From: Brevinematales bacterium
Lineage (GTDB): Bacteria > Spirochaetota > Brevinematia > Brevinematales > GWF1-51-8
Assembly (NCBI GenBank): GCA_013177895.1
Contig: JABLXV010000002.1
Location: 1,285-65,284 of the forward strand
Direction of reading: 5' to 3'
Length of the DNA stretch: 64,000 bases
In this document: positions 17,666 through 27,597 of the stretch, piece by piece
Layout of the letters: each line of letters starts with the position of its first letter
Position numbering within the stretch: the stretch's first letter is position 1
Made by a program: the position numbers and the translations under genes
The notes under the pieces: generated by a model
The model's input: only the letters and a program-made list of their open reading frames with translations
Database searches by the model: none
Told to the model about the DNA's origin: nothing

Positions 17666-18979
17666 TTAACGCGTTAGGTCGGTATCCCACGAGACCGGCT
17701 GGCCGGTCGCTTCGATGACGTTGTTCCAGTAGAGGGAGTTGACATCGACAAACTTCCGCTTCGATATCGCGAGGTCGATAGGGACATGGGTAAACATGTT
17801 GTTCCATCGCCCGATAACCAGCCCGGTCTTCCCGGACATCCCCGCGTGCACGGCGTACTGGCCGAGCTGCGCGCAGAATATCGCGTCCATCGGGCAGGCG
17901 GGAGCGCTGCGGATCATATAGCTGGGGTCGATGTATTTCAGGTTGACTTCGATATTTCTGCTCTTGAAATACTCGTTGATCTTTTTCTTCAGGAACACCC
18001 CGATATCCTTGAACACGATATTATTCGACGCGTCACGCTGTACCTGATCCGATGTTTCGACCATCAGTTCCTGCCCCACCCCTTCGGCGACACAGATGAC
18101 CGCGTGCCCGCGCCGGACTATCCGTTCCTCAAGGTACTGGAGGAATACATCCAGCTTTAACGGGATTTCCGGTATCAGGCAGAAGTTGACGTCGTTGATC
18201 GCGAGTGTCGCGCTCGCGGAGATAAAGCCGGAGTAACGCCCCATCAGCTTGACCAGCCCGATCCCGTTGACAGCCCCCTCGGCCTCGGCGTGCGCCGCGT
18301 AGATCGGGGATACCGCCTCCGCGACCGCGGTCTGGAACCCGAACGAACGGTCGATATAGCTGATATCGTTGTCGATCGTCTTGGGGATGCCCACTACCGC
18401 GAGCTCCATCCCGCGCTTCTCCGCCTCATGCGCGATCTCGTTCGCCCCGCGTAATGTGCCGTCGCCGCCTATCGCATAGAGTATATTTATTTTCCACTTC
18501 TCGAGGGTATCGACCAGTATCCCGAAATCTTCCGTGCCCCCGCGCGACGAACCGAGCACCGTACCGCCCATCTCGTGGATACCGCGTACATTCTGCGGGG
18601 TCAGCTTCATCGGCTCGTACCCGTTCGCGGGGTTCAGCCCGTTGTAGCCGTAACGGATACCGAGGATGGAATTCACGCCGTAGCGGTAATGGGACTGCAT
18701 GACCACCGAACGGATGACATTGTTCAGCCCGGGGCATAGCCCGCCGCATGTCGCCACCGCGCAGTTCACCTTCGACGGGTCGAAGTAGATTTTTTCACGC
18801 GGTCCGGCAAGTTCGAAACTATGCTCGAAATCGCTCGCGGGATACCCCGACGCATCGAATTCCGCGTCGAATAGAACTTTCTGGTTATCGGAAATAAAGA
18901 CTGTTTTGGGGGAAAGATATTTCGTCACTAAGGGCGAATCGTATTTGGCCTCGCCGAGCGATTTGATCCCGAATTCCAT
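17666..18979 (-). CDS. pfk: 6-phosphofructokinase (PfkA family; ATP- or PPi-dependent type not resolvable by eye)
   Basis: Motifs IGGDGTLRGA, GIPKTIDNDI and MGRYSGF. ATG 18979 (MEFGIKSLGE) has GAGGAG upstream. The track ORF begins at 19003. Confidence 0.85.
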   Translation of the reverse strand: MEFGIKSLGEAKYDSPLVTKYLSPKTVFISDNQKVLFDAEFDASGYPASDFEHSFELAGPREKIYFDPSKVNCAVATCGGLCPGLNNVIRSVVMQSHYRYGVNSILGIRYGYNGLNPANGYEPMKLTPQNVRGIHEMGGTVLGSSRGGTEDFGILVDTLEKWKINILYAIGGDGTLRGANEIAHEAEKRGMELAVVGIPKTIDNDISYIDRSFGFQTAVAEAVSPIYAAHAEAEGAVNGIGLVKLMGRYSGFISASATLAINDVNFCLIPEIPLKLDVFLQYLEERIVRRGHAVICVAEGVGQELMVETSDQVQRDASNNIVFKDIGVFLKKKINEYFKSRNIEVNLKYIDPSYMIRSAPACPMDAIFCAQLGQYAVHAGMSGKTGLVIGRWNNMFTHVPIDLAISKRKFVDVNSLYWNNVIEATGQPVSWDTDLTR

Positions 18980-19089
18980 AACAAACTCCTCGAAAGGAAG
19001 CATTGTGATATTGTAGTCGATATACGGATTTATGTCAAAAAGCTAGGCGAGCCGTAATGCGCCGGGGCAAAGGAAGATATCCGCGAGGC

Positions 19090-19629
19090 CTAGTTGCTCG
19101 ACATCACGAAATTAAAATGATACCCGGTAAGTATCTGATTGCTCCCGCCTCCGAGATCGTTTGTTCCGAGCGGATAGAACGCTACATTGGTATTGCTCGA
19201 CACAATCCTGAAATCGGACAGACTGAGCGAACCGTCGCCGCTAAGCCCGTAAGTCACCTGAAGATTCGAGTTGGTAAGATAGAGCGTGATCTTTTTCGAG
19301 AACTGATTGACGATATAACTGCCGGAATCCGTCCCGATCGTAACATTATTCGAATAGGCGGACCATTCAAATACGCCGTAAGGCTTGAAATAGTAGACCT
19401 GCGTATTGGTAGCGCGGTTATAGAGATTGGTAACCGAGTAATTGGTAAGATCGTTGGTATTCGTCCCGATATAGGTAATCTTCATATCCAAAACCATCGA
19501 GGTCATTTCCCAGTTGGTAACCAGTTTCATCATATCCGTCTGCCCGAAAATCCCGTCGGAACACCCGGTATTCCAGAGCGTGACCACGGTAATCAGGACT
19601 GCAAACCACCCGAAAAGCATCCTTTTCAT
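19090..19629 (-). CDS. Hypothetical lipoprotein
   Basis: MKRMLFGWFAVLITVVTLWNTGCSDG has a signal peptide plus a lipobox Cys. GGAGG RBS. Confidence 0.6.
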   Translation of the reverse strand: MKRMLFGWFAVLITVVTLWNTGCSDGIFGQTDMMKLVTNWEMTSMVLDMKITYIGTNTNDLTNYSVTNLYNRATNTQVYYFKPYGVFEWSAYSNNVTIGTDSGSYIVNQFSKKITLYLTNSNLQVTYGLSGDGSLSLSDFRIVSSNTNVAFYPLGTNDLGGGSNQILTGYHFNFVMSSN

Positions 19630-19725
19630 ACAAACCTCCGGCCCCGAACTTATCCTATTTCGCGGTTGTACTAAAAGAACCGCTTAGTTAGTATATCACA
19701 ATTTCCGTTATCTTCAAAATAATCG

Positions 19726-21081
19726 TTAAGTTTCGAGGGCTTTTTTCAGTATCCGCAGGAACGATTCCCGTTCGGTGAGCGCGGATGTTTTCCGCCACGG
19801 GTGCACCGAGGTATCCGAATCGGTACCGTAGACCGCGTAAATCTCGCATCCCCCGAACGCCCCCCGCTGGAGGGTGATCACGCTCTCGATCGCGCTCATC
19901 TGGGCATAGTTGATCGGGTCGATATGCCGGAAGAATACCGTGTATCTCCCATCGCTGAGGTAAATATACTGGTCGACGCTTCTATGGATAATGCGGCAGT
20001 TATTCTCATCCAGCATCTTTTTGCAGATATCGTCGAATTTCCCCTCATCGCTGATAAAGTACTGCTTGAACGCGGTATGGGGCAGGAGTTTTTCATACTT
20101 CTGCGCGATAGTCCCCGCGTCGCGGAATAACGGGTCGATCTTCGCGATCAGGTCGTATATCATAATCGCCTCGAACTCCTCGCCGAGCTCCTTTTTCAGG
20201 TTGGCGAACAGGTAGAGCAGTTCCTTCTTCGCGTCCCCGGAGACCTCGCCTCTCAGGAACGACTCCGCCTTCTCCGCGCCGGGCTTATGCTCCTTCGCAC
20301 GCAGCATCGACTGCACCTGCGCGATCATCGCCCGCTCCTTCTGGTCGGGTACCAGCCCCTCGAACGATAGATAGGTCTCGTATGCGGCGGACGCGTCATG
20401 GTACTGCTTCAGGTTCTCGAGACAGCGCCCTTTATAGAAATAGACCTCGCCGTTCGCGGGGTCGTATTTTTCGAGCAGTTCGAACTGTTTGATCGCGGAC
20501 GCATAGTTGCCGGTCTCGAACAGGGTCTTGCCGTATATGAAACGCGCGTCGATCAGGCCGGGCTTGAGCCTCAGGAGCTGTTCGAGGAACTCGCGGGCTT
20601 TCTTCATATTCCGGTGGTCGTAATGGTAGAGCGCGATCTCGTACAATACCTCCGCGTTACTACCGTCGGCCTCGAGTATCATCAGGTAATACGACAGCGC
20701 GTCCTTATTCCGCCCGAGCTTCTCGCACATCCGCGCCATCCGCAGGACGATCGAGTGATAGACCGGTTTATTCCCATGCACCATCAGGCTCGCGTCGGTA
20801 AAATACTTCAGCGCGCTCTGGAGATTACCCTTTGTGTCGTGCGCCTCCCCCATCGCGACCAGTATCGCGAAGTCGGGTTTATGATTCTTCAGGTAATCCT
20901 CGCCCTTAGCGATAGCGTCGTCATAACGCTTATCCGCGACGAGGCGTTTGATCTCATGGTCGGTACGTTTGGTCGTGAGTAGGCGAAGGATAATGAATAC
21001 GATTATCCCGACGAGCAGGGCGGCGATGACCGCGAGCACGATGATGAGTATATCGTCGGACAGCTTAGGAAAACCCGGCAT
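19726..21081 (-). CDS. Membrane-anchored TPR-repeat protein (451 aa)
   Basis: N-terminal TM helix ILIIVLAVIAALLVGIIVFIILRLL followed by multiple TPR-like repeats (..AIKQFELLEKYDPANGEVYFYKGRCLENLKQYHDA..). GGGAGGG RBS. Confidence 0.65.
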   Translation of the reverse strand: MPGFPKLSDDILIIVLAVIAALLVGIIVFIILRLLTTKRTDHEIKRLVADKRYDDAIAKGEDYLKNHKPDFAILVAMGEAHDTKGNLQSALKYFTDASLMVHGNKPVYHSIVLRMARMCEKLGRNKDALSYYLMILEADGSNAEVLYEIALYHYDHRNMKKAREFLEQLLRLKPGLIDARFIYGKTLFETGNYASAIKQFELLEKYDPANGEVYFYKGRCLENLKQYHDASAAYETYLSFEGLVPDQKERAMIAQVQSMLRAKEHKPGAEKAESFLRGEVSGDAKKELLYLFANLKKELGEEFEAIMIYDLIAKIDPLFRDAGTIAQKYEKLLPHTAFKQYFISDEGKFDDICKKMLDENNCRIIHRSVDQYIYLSDGRYTVFFRHIDPINYAQMSAIESVITLQRGAFGGCEIYAVYGTDSDTSVHPWRKTSALTERESFLRILKKALET

Positions 21082-21220
21082 GATTCCCTCCCGGAATGCG
21101 GTACCTTAGTTTAACCAATATGGGAATAATGCGCAAGTTTATTCCATACCTGTCTTAAATTTGACGTATCGCCCGTCTTCTTTTATCCTATTGTACTCAA
21201 AAAGTCGGAGGTACGATACT

Positions 21221-22120
21221 ATGAGAGCGTTTTTATTTCCAGGACAGGGATCGCAGAAAGTAGGGATGGGGAAGGACTTGATCGAGGAATTCCCGGCCGC
21301 GCAGGAGATTTATTCCCGCGCCGACGAGGTGCTCGGGTTTTCGGTCTCCAACCTCAGTATGGAAGGCCCGGAAGAAACATTGACACTCACCCAGAACGCG
21401 CAGCCCGCGATTCTGACCTATAACTATATCGCGACGACACTCCTCAAGCAGAAGGGAATTATCCCCGATTACGCGGCGGGACACTCGCTCGGCGAATTTT
21501 CCGCGATTGTCGCGGCGGAGATGCTCGATTTCGAGACCGCCCTCAAGGTTGTCCGAAAGCGCGGCGAACTGATGGCCGCGGCCGACCCCGACGGGAAGGG
21601 CGGGATGGCGGCGGTGCTCGGGCTTGACGACGATATTGTCAAATCCGTGTGCGCGGAGGTCTCCAAGACCGACTATGTCGAACCGGTGAACTATAACTCG
21701 CCGGGGCAGGTCGTCATATCCGGGCTGAAAAGCGGTATCGACGCGGCTATCCCGAAGCTGGAGGAAGCCGGCGCGATGCGCGTGGTGGTGCTGAATACGT
21801 CTGGCGCGTTCCATTCCCGCCTGATGGAGAAGGCCGCCGAGGAGTTCGGTAAATTCCTCGAGGGTATCGAGTTTAAAAAGCCCGTGTGCAAGGTGGTCTC
21901 CAATGTCACCGCTGAGCTCGAGGACGAGACCAATATCCGCGAGATGCTCTACCGCCAGATGAAAAGCCCCGTGCTCTGGACGACGTCCGTCCTCAATATG
22001 CGGAAGGCCGGTGTCGCCGACGGTGTGGAGTGCGGTTTCGGGAACGTTATCCGCGGGCTGGTCAAGAAGATCGACCGCGAGTTCACGGTTACCGCATGGA
22101 ATCAGGCCTTAGGGGCGTAA
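21221..22120 (+). CDS. fabD: Malonyl-CoA:ACP transacylase
   Basis: MRAFLFPGQGSQKVGMG, active-site GHSLGEFSA and GAFHS. ATG 21221 is preceded by GGAGG. The track ORF starts upstream at 21161. Confidence 0.9.
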   Translation: MRAFLFPGQGSQKVGMGKDLIEEFPAAQEIYSRADEVLGFSVSNLSMEGPEETLTLTQNAQPAILTYNYIATTLLKQKGIIPDYAAGHSLGEFSAIVAAEMLDFETALKVVRKRGELMAAADPDGKGGMAAVLGLDDDIVKSVCAEVSKTDYVEPVNYNSPGQVVISGLKSGIDAAIPKLEEAGAMRVVVLNTSGAFHSRLMEKAAEEFGKFLEGIEFKKPVCKVVSNVTAELEDETNIREMLYRQMKSPVLWTTSVLNMRKAGVADGVECGFGNVIRGLVKKIDREFTVTAWNQALGA

Positions 22121-22190
22121 TAGGCGTTAATTTTACAAACTCGCACGGTTATTTTATAATATTCCCAGTCAATAAACGGAGGTAACCGCG

Positions 22191-22664
22191 ATGGCGGACA
22201 AGAAATTTTACGATGTCGTAGATATTATGAATGTACTCCCGCACCGTTTCCCCATATTGCTCGTCGACCGTGTCACCGAAGTACGCGAGGACGGCGGTAA
22301 GGGCTATAAAAATGTCACCATCAACGAGGACTTTTTTAACGGGCACTTTCCCGGCGCCCCGGTAATGCCGGGCGTGCTGCAGGTCGAGGGGATGGCGCAA
22401 TGCGCGGGATATATCGTGATGAAAACTCTCACCGATAAGGGCGAGTTCAACCCGGACGAGAACGTCATCTTCTTTATGAAGATCGACGGCGTGAAGTTCC
22501 GAAAGCCGGTACGCCCCGGCGACCGTCTGGATTACGATATCACGATCACCAAGATGCGCGGGAAGATCGGCGTATTCAAGGGATACTGCCGTGTCGACGG
22601 CGAGGTCTCATGCGAGGCCGAGATGACCGCGATGATTGTGAACAAGAACGAAGCGAACCAGTAA
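22191..22664 (+). CDS. fabZ: 3-hydroxyacyl-ACP dehydratase
   Basis: LPHRFPILLVDRV..., FFNGHFPGAPVMPGVLQVEGMAQ hot-dog motif. Length 157 aa. Confidence 0.9.
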   Translation: MADKKFYDVVDIMNVLPHRFPILLVDRVTEVREDGGKGYKNVTINEDFFNGHFPGAPVMPGVLQVEGMAQCAGYIVMKTLTDKGEFNPDENVIFFMKIDGVKFRKPVRPGDRLDYDITITKMRGKIGVFKGYCRVDGEVSCEAEMTAMIVNKNEANQ

Positions 22665-22669
22665 TAGAA

Positions 22670-22696
22670 AGCCGGGGAAACCCGGCTGTTTTTTTC
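22670..22696 (+). terminator. Rho-independent terminator after fabZ
   Basis: Stem agccggg, loop gaaa, stem cccggct, followed by gttttttt. Confidence 0.8.
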
Positions 22697-22736
22697 CTGT
22701 TTAGAGGATTGAAACCGTATAAAAGAGGGTAGCCGA

Positions 22737-23258
22737 ATGGTTAAAAAGAATCCCCTGCGGTTAAAATTATTTTTTCTGTTATTCCTCTTCCCCCTCGCAT
22801 TCACCGGAAAAGCAAACGCGGGTACCTTATATCTCGAGTATTACAGTCCGTTCATTTTTATGGATTCCCGGTTCGGGCTTTCTTATTTTTCAAATGATCG
22901 AATTAGTATCGATTTTCATGCTGGGGTAAGTCTTTTAGGATTAATAAAAGGAATTTATTATTACTTTTCGGATGCCCTGATTACATTCTACCTCTTTCCC
23001 GACATCGATCCGTGGTTCATCGGTTTTTCGGCCGGTATCCAGCATTTCATCATCATTCAACGCGATTCCTATGCATTCGTGCCGGGAGTTTCGATAAAAA
23101 TCGGGCGCTGGTTCGAGCATTGGAGGTACGGAGTATATCTCACTATCGGGGGTGGGTATCCGTTCATCTGGGGCGAACCGACCTCAATTTTTGATATAAA
23201 AGATGAATTCGGCGGTGTTTTCCCCACTCTCGGATTGGGAGCCTCAATTATATTATAA
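22737..23258 (+). CDS. Hypothetical secreted/membrane protein (173 aa)
   Basis: Signal peptide LFFLLFLFPLAFTGKANA, with Gly/aromatic-rich content. No family recognised. Confidence 0.5.
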   Translation: MVKKNPLRLKLFFLLFLFPLAFTGKANAGTLYLEYYSPFIFMDSRFGLSYFSNDRISIDFHAGVSLLGLIKGIYYYFSDALITFYLFPDIDPWFIGFSAGIQHFIIIQRDSYAFVPGVSIKIGRWFEHWRYGVYLTIGGGYPFIWGEPTSIFDIKDEFGGVFPTLGLGASIIL

Positions 23259-23354
23259 CCTTTCCGCTTGACGCTCGTATAGAAAACTGGTATTTTTACC
23301 GTCCGTATCTTAAAATATTATCCGGTTATTCATATCATTATCGGGGCATATAGA

Positions 23355-24218
23355 TTGAAAAATTTCAGCATCCACACCCTCGGTTTCCGCAACCCCGTGC
23401 TCACCGCGTCGGGGACGTTCGGGATGGGCGGCGAGTTCGCCGGGCTGGTTGATTACTCCAAACTCGGCGGCATCACCCTCAAGACGGTGACCCCCAACCC
23501 GCGCCCGGGCAATCTTCCCCCGCGTATCCTCGAGACCCCGTGCGGGCTCCTCAACTCCATCGGCCTCGAGAACCCCGGTATGGACGGCCTGCTCCGCGAG
23601 ATCGAATCCTCGCATCCGTTCCGCGCCTACGACACGAATATCGTGCTGAGTATCGCGGGCGAGAGCGCGGACGATTTTACCCGGATGGCGGAGGCGTTTA
23701 TCGCGGCGGGGGATATTGATATGCTCGAGCTCAACCTGAGCTGCCCGAATATCCACGCGGGAGGGGCGACCTTCGACTCCGACTGCGCCAATGTCCGCGC
23801 GATTGTGTCCGCAACCGCGCGGCTGGATTTCCCGTTCACAGTAAAACTCAGCCCCAATCAGGATATAGTCGGCAACTCGCTCGCCGCCGAAGACGCGGGC
23901 GCGCACGCCCTCACTATCTCGAATACGTTCCTCGGTATGGCGTTCGACCGCGCGACCGGCGAGCCGTACTTCCGCAATAAGGTCGCGGGATTTTCCGGCC
24001 CGGCGGTCAAGCCGATGGCTCTCTATAATGTCTACCGGGTCGCGCAGAAGGTAAAAATTCCCGTCATCGCGTCGGGGGGTATCGCCTCCGCGGACGACGC
24101 GATCGACTTCCTCCACGCGGGGGCGTCGTTCGTATCCGTCGGTACCATGAGCTTTGTCGAACCCGATCTCGCGGAGATTATCGCGGACGGGCTTACCCAA
24201 TTTCTGAAGGAGAAATAA
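23355..24218 (+). CDS. pyrD: Dihydroorotate dehydrogenase, class 1 catalytic subunit
   Basis: FRNPVLTASGTFGMGGEF, NSIGLENPG, LNLSCPN (catalytic Cys) and ASGGI. TTG start as in the track. Confidence 0.85.
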   Translation: MKNFSIHTLGFRNPVLTASGTFGMGGEFAGLVDYSKLGGITLKTVTPNPRPGNLPPRILETPCGLLNSIGLENPGMDGLLREIESSHPFRAYDTNIVLSIAGESADDFTRMAEAFIAAGDIDMLELNLSCPNIHAGGATFDSDCANVRAIVSATARLDFPFTVKLSPNQDIVGNSLAAEDAGAHALTISNTFLGMAFDRATGEPYFRNKVAGFSGPAVKPMALYNVYRVAQKVKIPVIASGGIASADDAIDFLHAGASFVSVGTMSFVEPDLAEIIADGLTQFLKEK

Positions 24219-24220
24219 TC

Positions 24221-25357
24221 ATGAGCGCGAAGGTATCGATAGTCAGGTGCGCCGAATATAACGATAAATTATTATATGATAAGGTGGGCGAGGCGATTGC
24301 GCTCGCGGGGGGTCTCGGGGAGTTCAAGGGGAAGAAGGTTCTCCTCAAGCCGAATATCCTGTTCGCGGTCGGCCCGGAACGCCCGGTCACCACCCACCCC
24401 GCGTTCGCCGGGGCGGTCGCCCGTCATTTTGTCGAGGCCGGCGCTACGGTATTTGCCGGCGACTCTCCCGGTATGCACACCTCGCACCGGGGCGGGCAGG
24501 TCAGCGGTATCGCCAAGGCGGTTAACGACGCGGGCGCGCAATGGGTGGATTTCCACCACGGTATCGATACCCCCAACCCCGACGGCCGGATGGTCAAACG
24601 CTTCCATATCGTTCAGATGTTCTCAAAGGTCGACACGGTGGTTTCTCTGCCGAAGCTGAAGACGCACGGGATGATGTACTACACCGGAGGGATGAAGAAC
24701 CTTTACGGGATGATACCGGGGCTGATCAAGGCGCAGCTTCATGTACGTTTCCCGGAGCGCGCGAACTTCGCGGCGATGATTGTCGATCTGAATCTGCTCC
24801 TCAAGCCCGCGATGTGCATTATGGACGGGGTGATCGCGATGGAAGGGCCCGGCCCCGGGAGCGGATACCCTAAAAACACGGGTATCGTGCTCGCGTCGAA
24901 AAATATCCTCGCGCTCGATATGACCGCCTGCCGGATCATCGGGTACGACCCGCACGATATCCCCATCCTGTCGGACGCGCTTTCGCGCGGATTCTGGCTG
25001 AAGTCCGAAAACGAGATAGAGACCGCCGGCGAGACCGTCGCGGACGTCCGTTCCAAAGACTTCAAGCTCGTCAAAGTCCTGCGGGATACCGGGTTTATCA
25101 AAAAACTCTTCCCCGCCCTGTTTAAATTCGTCCGCGGTATCACAGTCCCGAAGCCGCGCTTCCTGCACGATAAATGCATCCGATGCGGGGAATGCGTGAA
25201 AATCTGCAAATCGGACGCGCTCCGTTTCGTCGACGACGTCAAGTCCACCTACGGGAAGAAAATTTCGGTGGATTATAAGAAGTGCATCCGCTGTTACTGC
25301 TGTCACGAGGTCTGCCCGGCGGACGCTATCCGCCTCCGGTCGCTGCGTGACGGCTAA
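24221..25357 (+). CDS. DUF362-domain protein with a C-terminal 2x[4Fe-4S] ferredoxin domain
   Basis: DUF362-like core (KPNIL...TH). C-terminal CIRCGECVKIC...CIRCYCCHEVCP. Starts 3 nt after the pyrD stop and has a GAAGGAG RBS. Confidence 0.7.
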   Translation: MSAKVSIVRCAEYNDKLLYDKVGEAIALAGGLGEFKGKKVLLKPNILFAVGPERPVTTHPAFAGAVARHFVEAGATVFAGDSPGMHTSHRGGQVSGIAKAVNDAGAQWVDFHHGIDTPNPDGRMVKRFHIVQMFSKVDTVVSLPKLKTHGMMYYTGGMKNLYGMIPGLIKAQLHVRFPERANFAAMIVDLNLLLKPAMCIMDGVIAMEGPGPGSGYPKNTGIVLASKNILALDMTACRIIGYDPHDIPILSDALSRGFWLKSENEIETAGETVADVRSKDFKLVKVLRDTGFIKKLFPALFKFVRGITVPKPRFLHDKCIRCGECVKICKSDALRFVDDVKSTYGKKISVDYKKCIRCYCCHEVCPADAIRLRSLRDG

Positions 25358-25431
25358 TCCCATTACGTAAAATCGCGGACCTTCCTACCTTACGCCTGCG
25401 ATAATACAAGTATATCAATACGAGGGAGAAA

Positions 25432-25910
25432 ATGACCTAATCGATTAAAATCCGCGCGGCAGTCGAACGCGATATAGACGGGATCATCCCGGTGTGGAAG
25501 CAGTTTATCGAACTGCATGCGGACCTCGATCCGCGTGAAGCAAAAATCCCCCATGCCGAAGATGTATTCAGAGAGATGCTGCGGGAAAGGTTTAGCGGCA
25601 GGGATTCCCGCGTACTCGTCGCCGTTGTGGAAAACGAAATCACGGGATTTATGATGATAAAAATTGAAAGGGATGATCCCGTTTTTCCCGATCCCGTCTT
25701 CGGGTTTGTGGAGATTATCGCAGTATCGGAGAAGGGTAAGCGTCACGGAATAGGAGAAATCCTTTACCGGAACGCGGTGTCATGGTTCAGGGAGAGGGGG
25801 GCTTCAAACAAAAACTTTTCATCGTCCCGAAAAATATACAGGCCTCATCCTTCTGGAAAAAAATGGGCTTCTCTCCCTATCTGGAGCTTCTCCATAAAAA
25901 GATCGAATAA
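25432..25910 (+). pseudogene. GNAT-family N-acetyltransferase, apparently disrupted (early TAA plus a frameshift)
   Basis: RBS GAGGGAG, then ATG ACC TAA (stop at 25438-25440), then in frame SIKIRAAVERDIDGIIPVWKQF...VAVVENEITGFMMI..RHGIGEILYRNAVSWFRERGA. The typical GNAT C-terminus ..NIQASSFWKKMGFSPYLELLHKKIE* is in another frame from ~25812 onwards. The shift falls in the A-run aaacaaaaac. Confidence 0.6.
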
Positions 25911-26055
25911 GGACTCTCTCCGCCTCCGGTAAATATTTCTTTATTTCCGGCATACTTATGTTATAATATATTGTCCGATACATTCACGCTAATCGACTAC
26001 GCGAAACGTATATCGAGATGTTGCAGATATATATCCTTCTTTCACGGAGCGTCCA

Positions 26056-27428
26056 TGAAAATATTTATCCGCGCGCTATTGTTCGCGGCGGCCATCTCCG
26101 CATCCCCGTTATACGCGGACTATGTCTCCGATAACGTCAATAAGGCGTTCGACCTGTACGTCAAGGACAAGTCCGCCGCGTTGACGATTATGACGAACCT
26201 CTATAAAGGCGCATCGGGACAGATTATCACTATCCGCGCGATGTTCGCCCAACGCGGCTACTACGCGTTCTATATGGAGTTCCTGCGGCTCCTGCCGAAA
26301 AAGAAACCCGTAGTCGGGGAGATTATCTCAGAGGACTTCCTCACCTCGTACTACGATTTCCTCGCGGACGATATCCGGGAATACCTCAAATACTACGATA
26401 AGGACGTGCTGATCACCTCGTACTACCGGAGTATCGCCGACAATAAGGCTACGGCCGCGCTCGCCGGGGAGATCGGCGACCCCGTGTTCTTCGAGATACT
26501 GAAACGCAGCCTGACTCTCTCGTACGCCCCGGAGAAGTTCGACGCTATTCTGCTCGCCCACCAGAGCGCGAAGATACTGCCGGCGGAGGTGAAAAAATTT
26601 ATCCTCGAAAGCTGGAAATTCCGGCCGCGCGATGTGGGTAAGCTCATCACCGCGTACGGCCTCCAGGACGACAAGGACTTGCAGGGATTCCTCGTCTATT
26701 CCCTCTTCAGGAACGGCGACTATGCCGGGATTATCGAACATTATACCGCCCAGCCCGGGGCGTTCCCGAAGGATCAGATGATGAATTACCAGATCGACGT
26801 GCCCTACTTCGCCGCGTATTCGTACTTCCGCACCGCGCAGTATGCTAAGGCTATCGAGCTGATCGTAAAGGTTTACCAGCCGTGGAACTACGATCTTTAC
26901 CGTTTTATCACGCTGTGCTATCTGGGGATGGGCGATTATAAGCAGGTCAAGATGAGTATGCCGAAGATGAAGAACGGCGATACATTCCAGTTCATCAAGG
27001 GATTCGTCGGATTCCTCGAGGGCAAGACCAACCAGGCGATACAGGATATCGAGATGTACCTTGTCGACACGAAGGCGGCGCATGCTCATACGCTCGAGGC
27101 GATGCTGCTCGCGTTCACCTACTATAATAATCCCGCCGAGCTCGCGGCGGTCGCGGGGATAATCCGCGACACCCTGCTGGAGAAGCCAGTTACCGGATCG
27201 CCGGGGGTCGCGCTGTCGCAGGCGTATACCGCCGGGCAGGATATCCCCGAAAAAATCCCGCAGTCCAAATTAATCGGCGATTTCATCCTATATAAGAAGA
27301 GCGTCCTCCTGATGAAGGACGGCAAGAACGCCGAGGCGTCGGATATCCTGATGAAACTGATCAAGTCGCCCGACACCTCCGCGCTCATCCGCACATTGGC
27401 CGTATTCCAGCTTCGCAAGGTTTCATAG
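26056..27428 (+). CDS. Secreted helical-repeat (TPR-like) hypothetical protein
   Basis: The internal ATG gives the signal peptide MKIFIRALLFAAAISASPLYA. The track ORF starts at 25971 (TTG). Confidence 0.55.
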
Positions 27429-27446
27429 GCAGTAACACTTGCTTTT

Positions 27447-27565
27447 GTCACTGCGAGACCGCGCAGGAATTTGCCTTTAGACGCGCGGTTGAAGCAGTCT
27501 GTTAAACAATAGAATTCTATATGACTGATTGCTTGCCTTCTAACGAAGGTAAACAGGCAATGACA
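27447..27565. repeat. Modular hairpin-rich intergenic repeat element (copy B)
   Basis: Has the same ordered blocks as 7970-8108, but the two internal hairpin modules occupy swapped positions. Confidence 0.8.
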
Positions 27566-27597
27566 TTTCAGTTTGTCGTTAATCATGAGGAAAAGAT

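Noticed and set aside
25390-25746. 118-aa minus-strand ORF
   Set aside because: It is antisense to the GNAT reading frame, which carries the recognisable acetyltransferase motifs.
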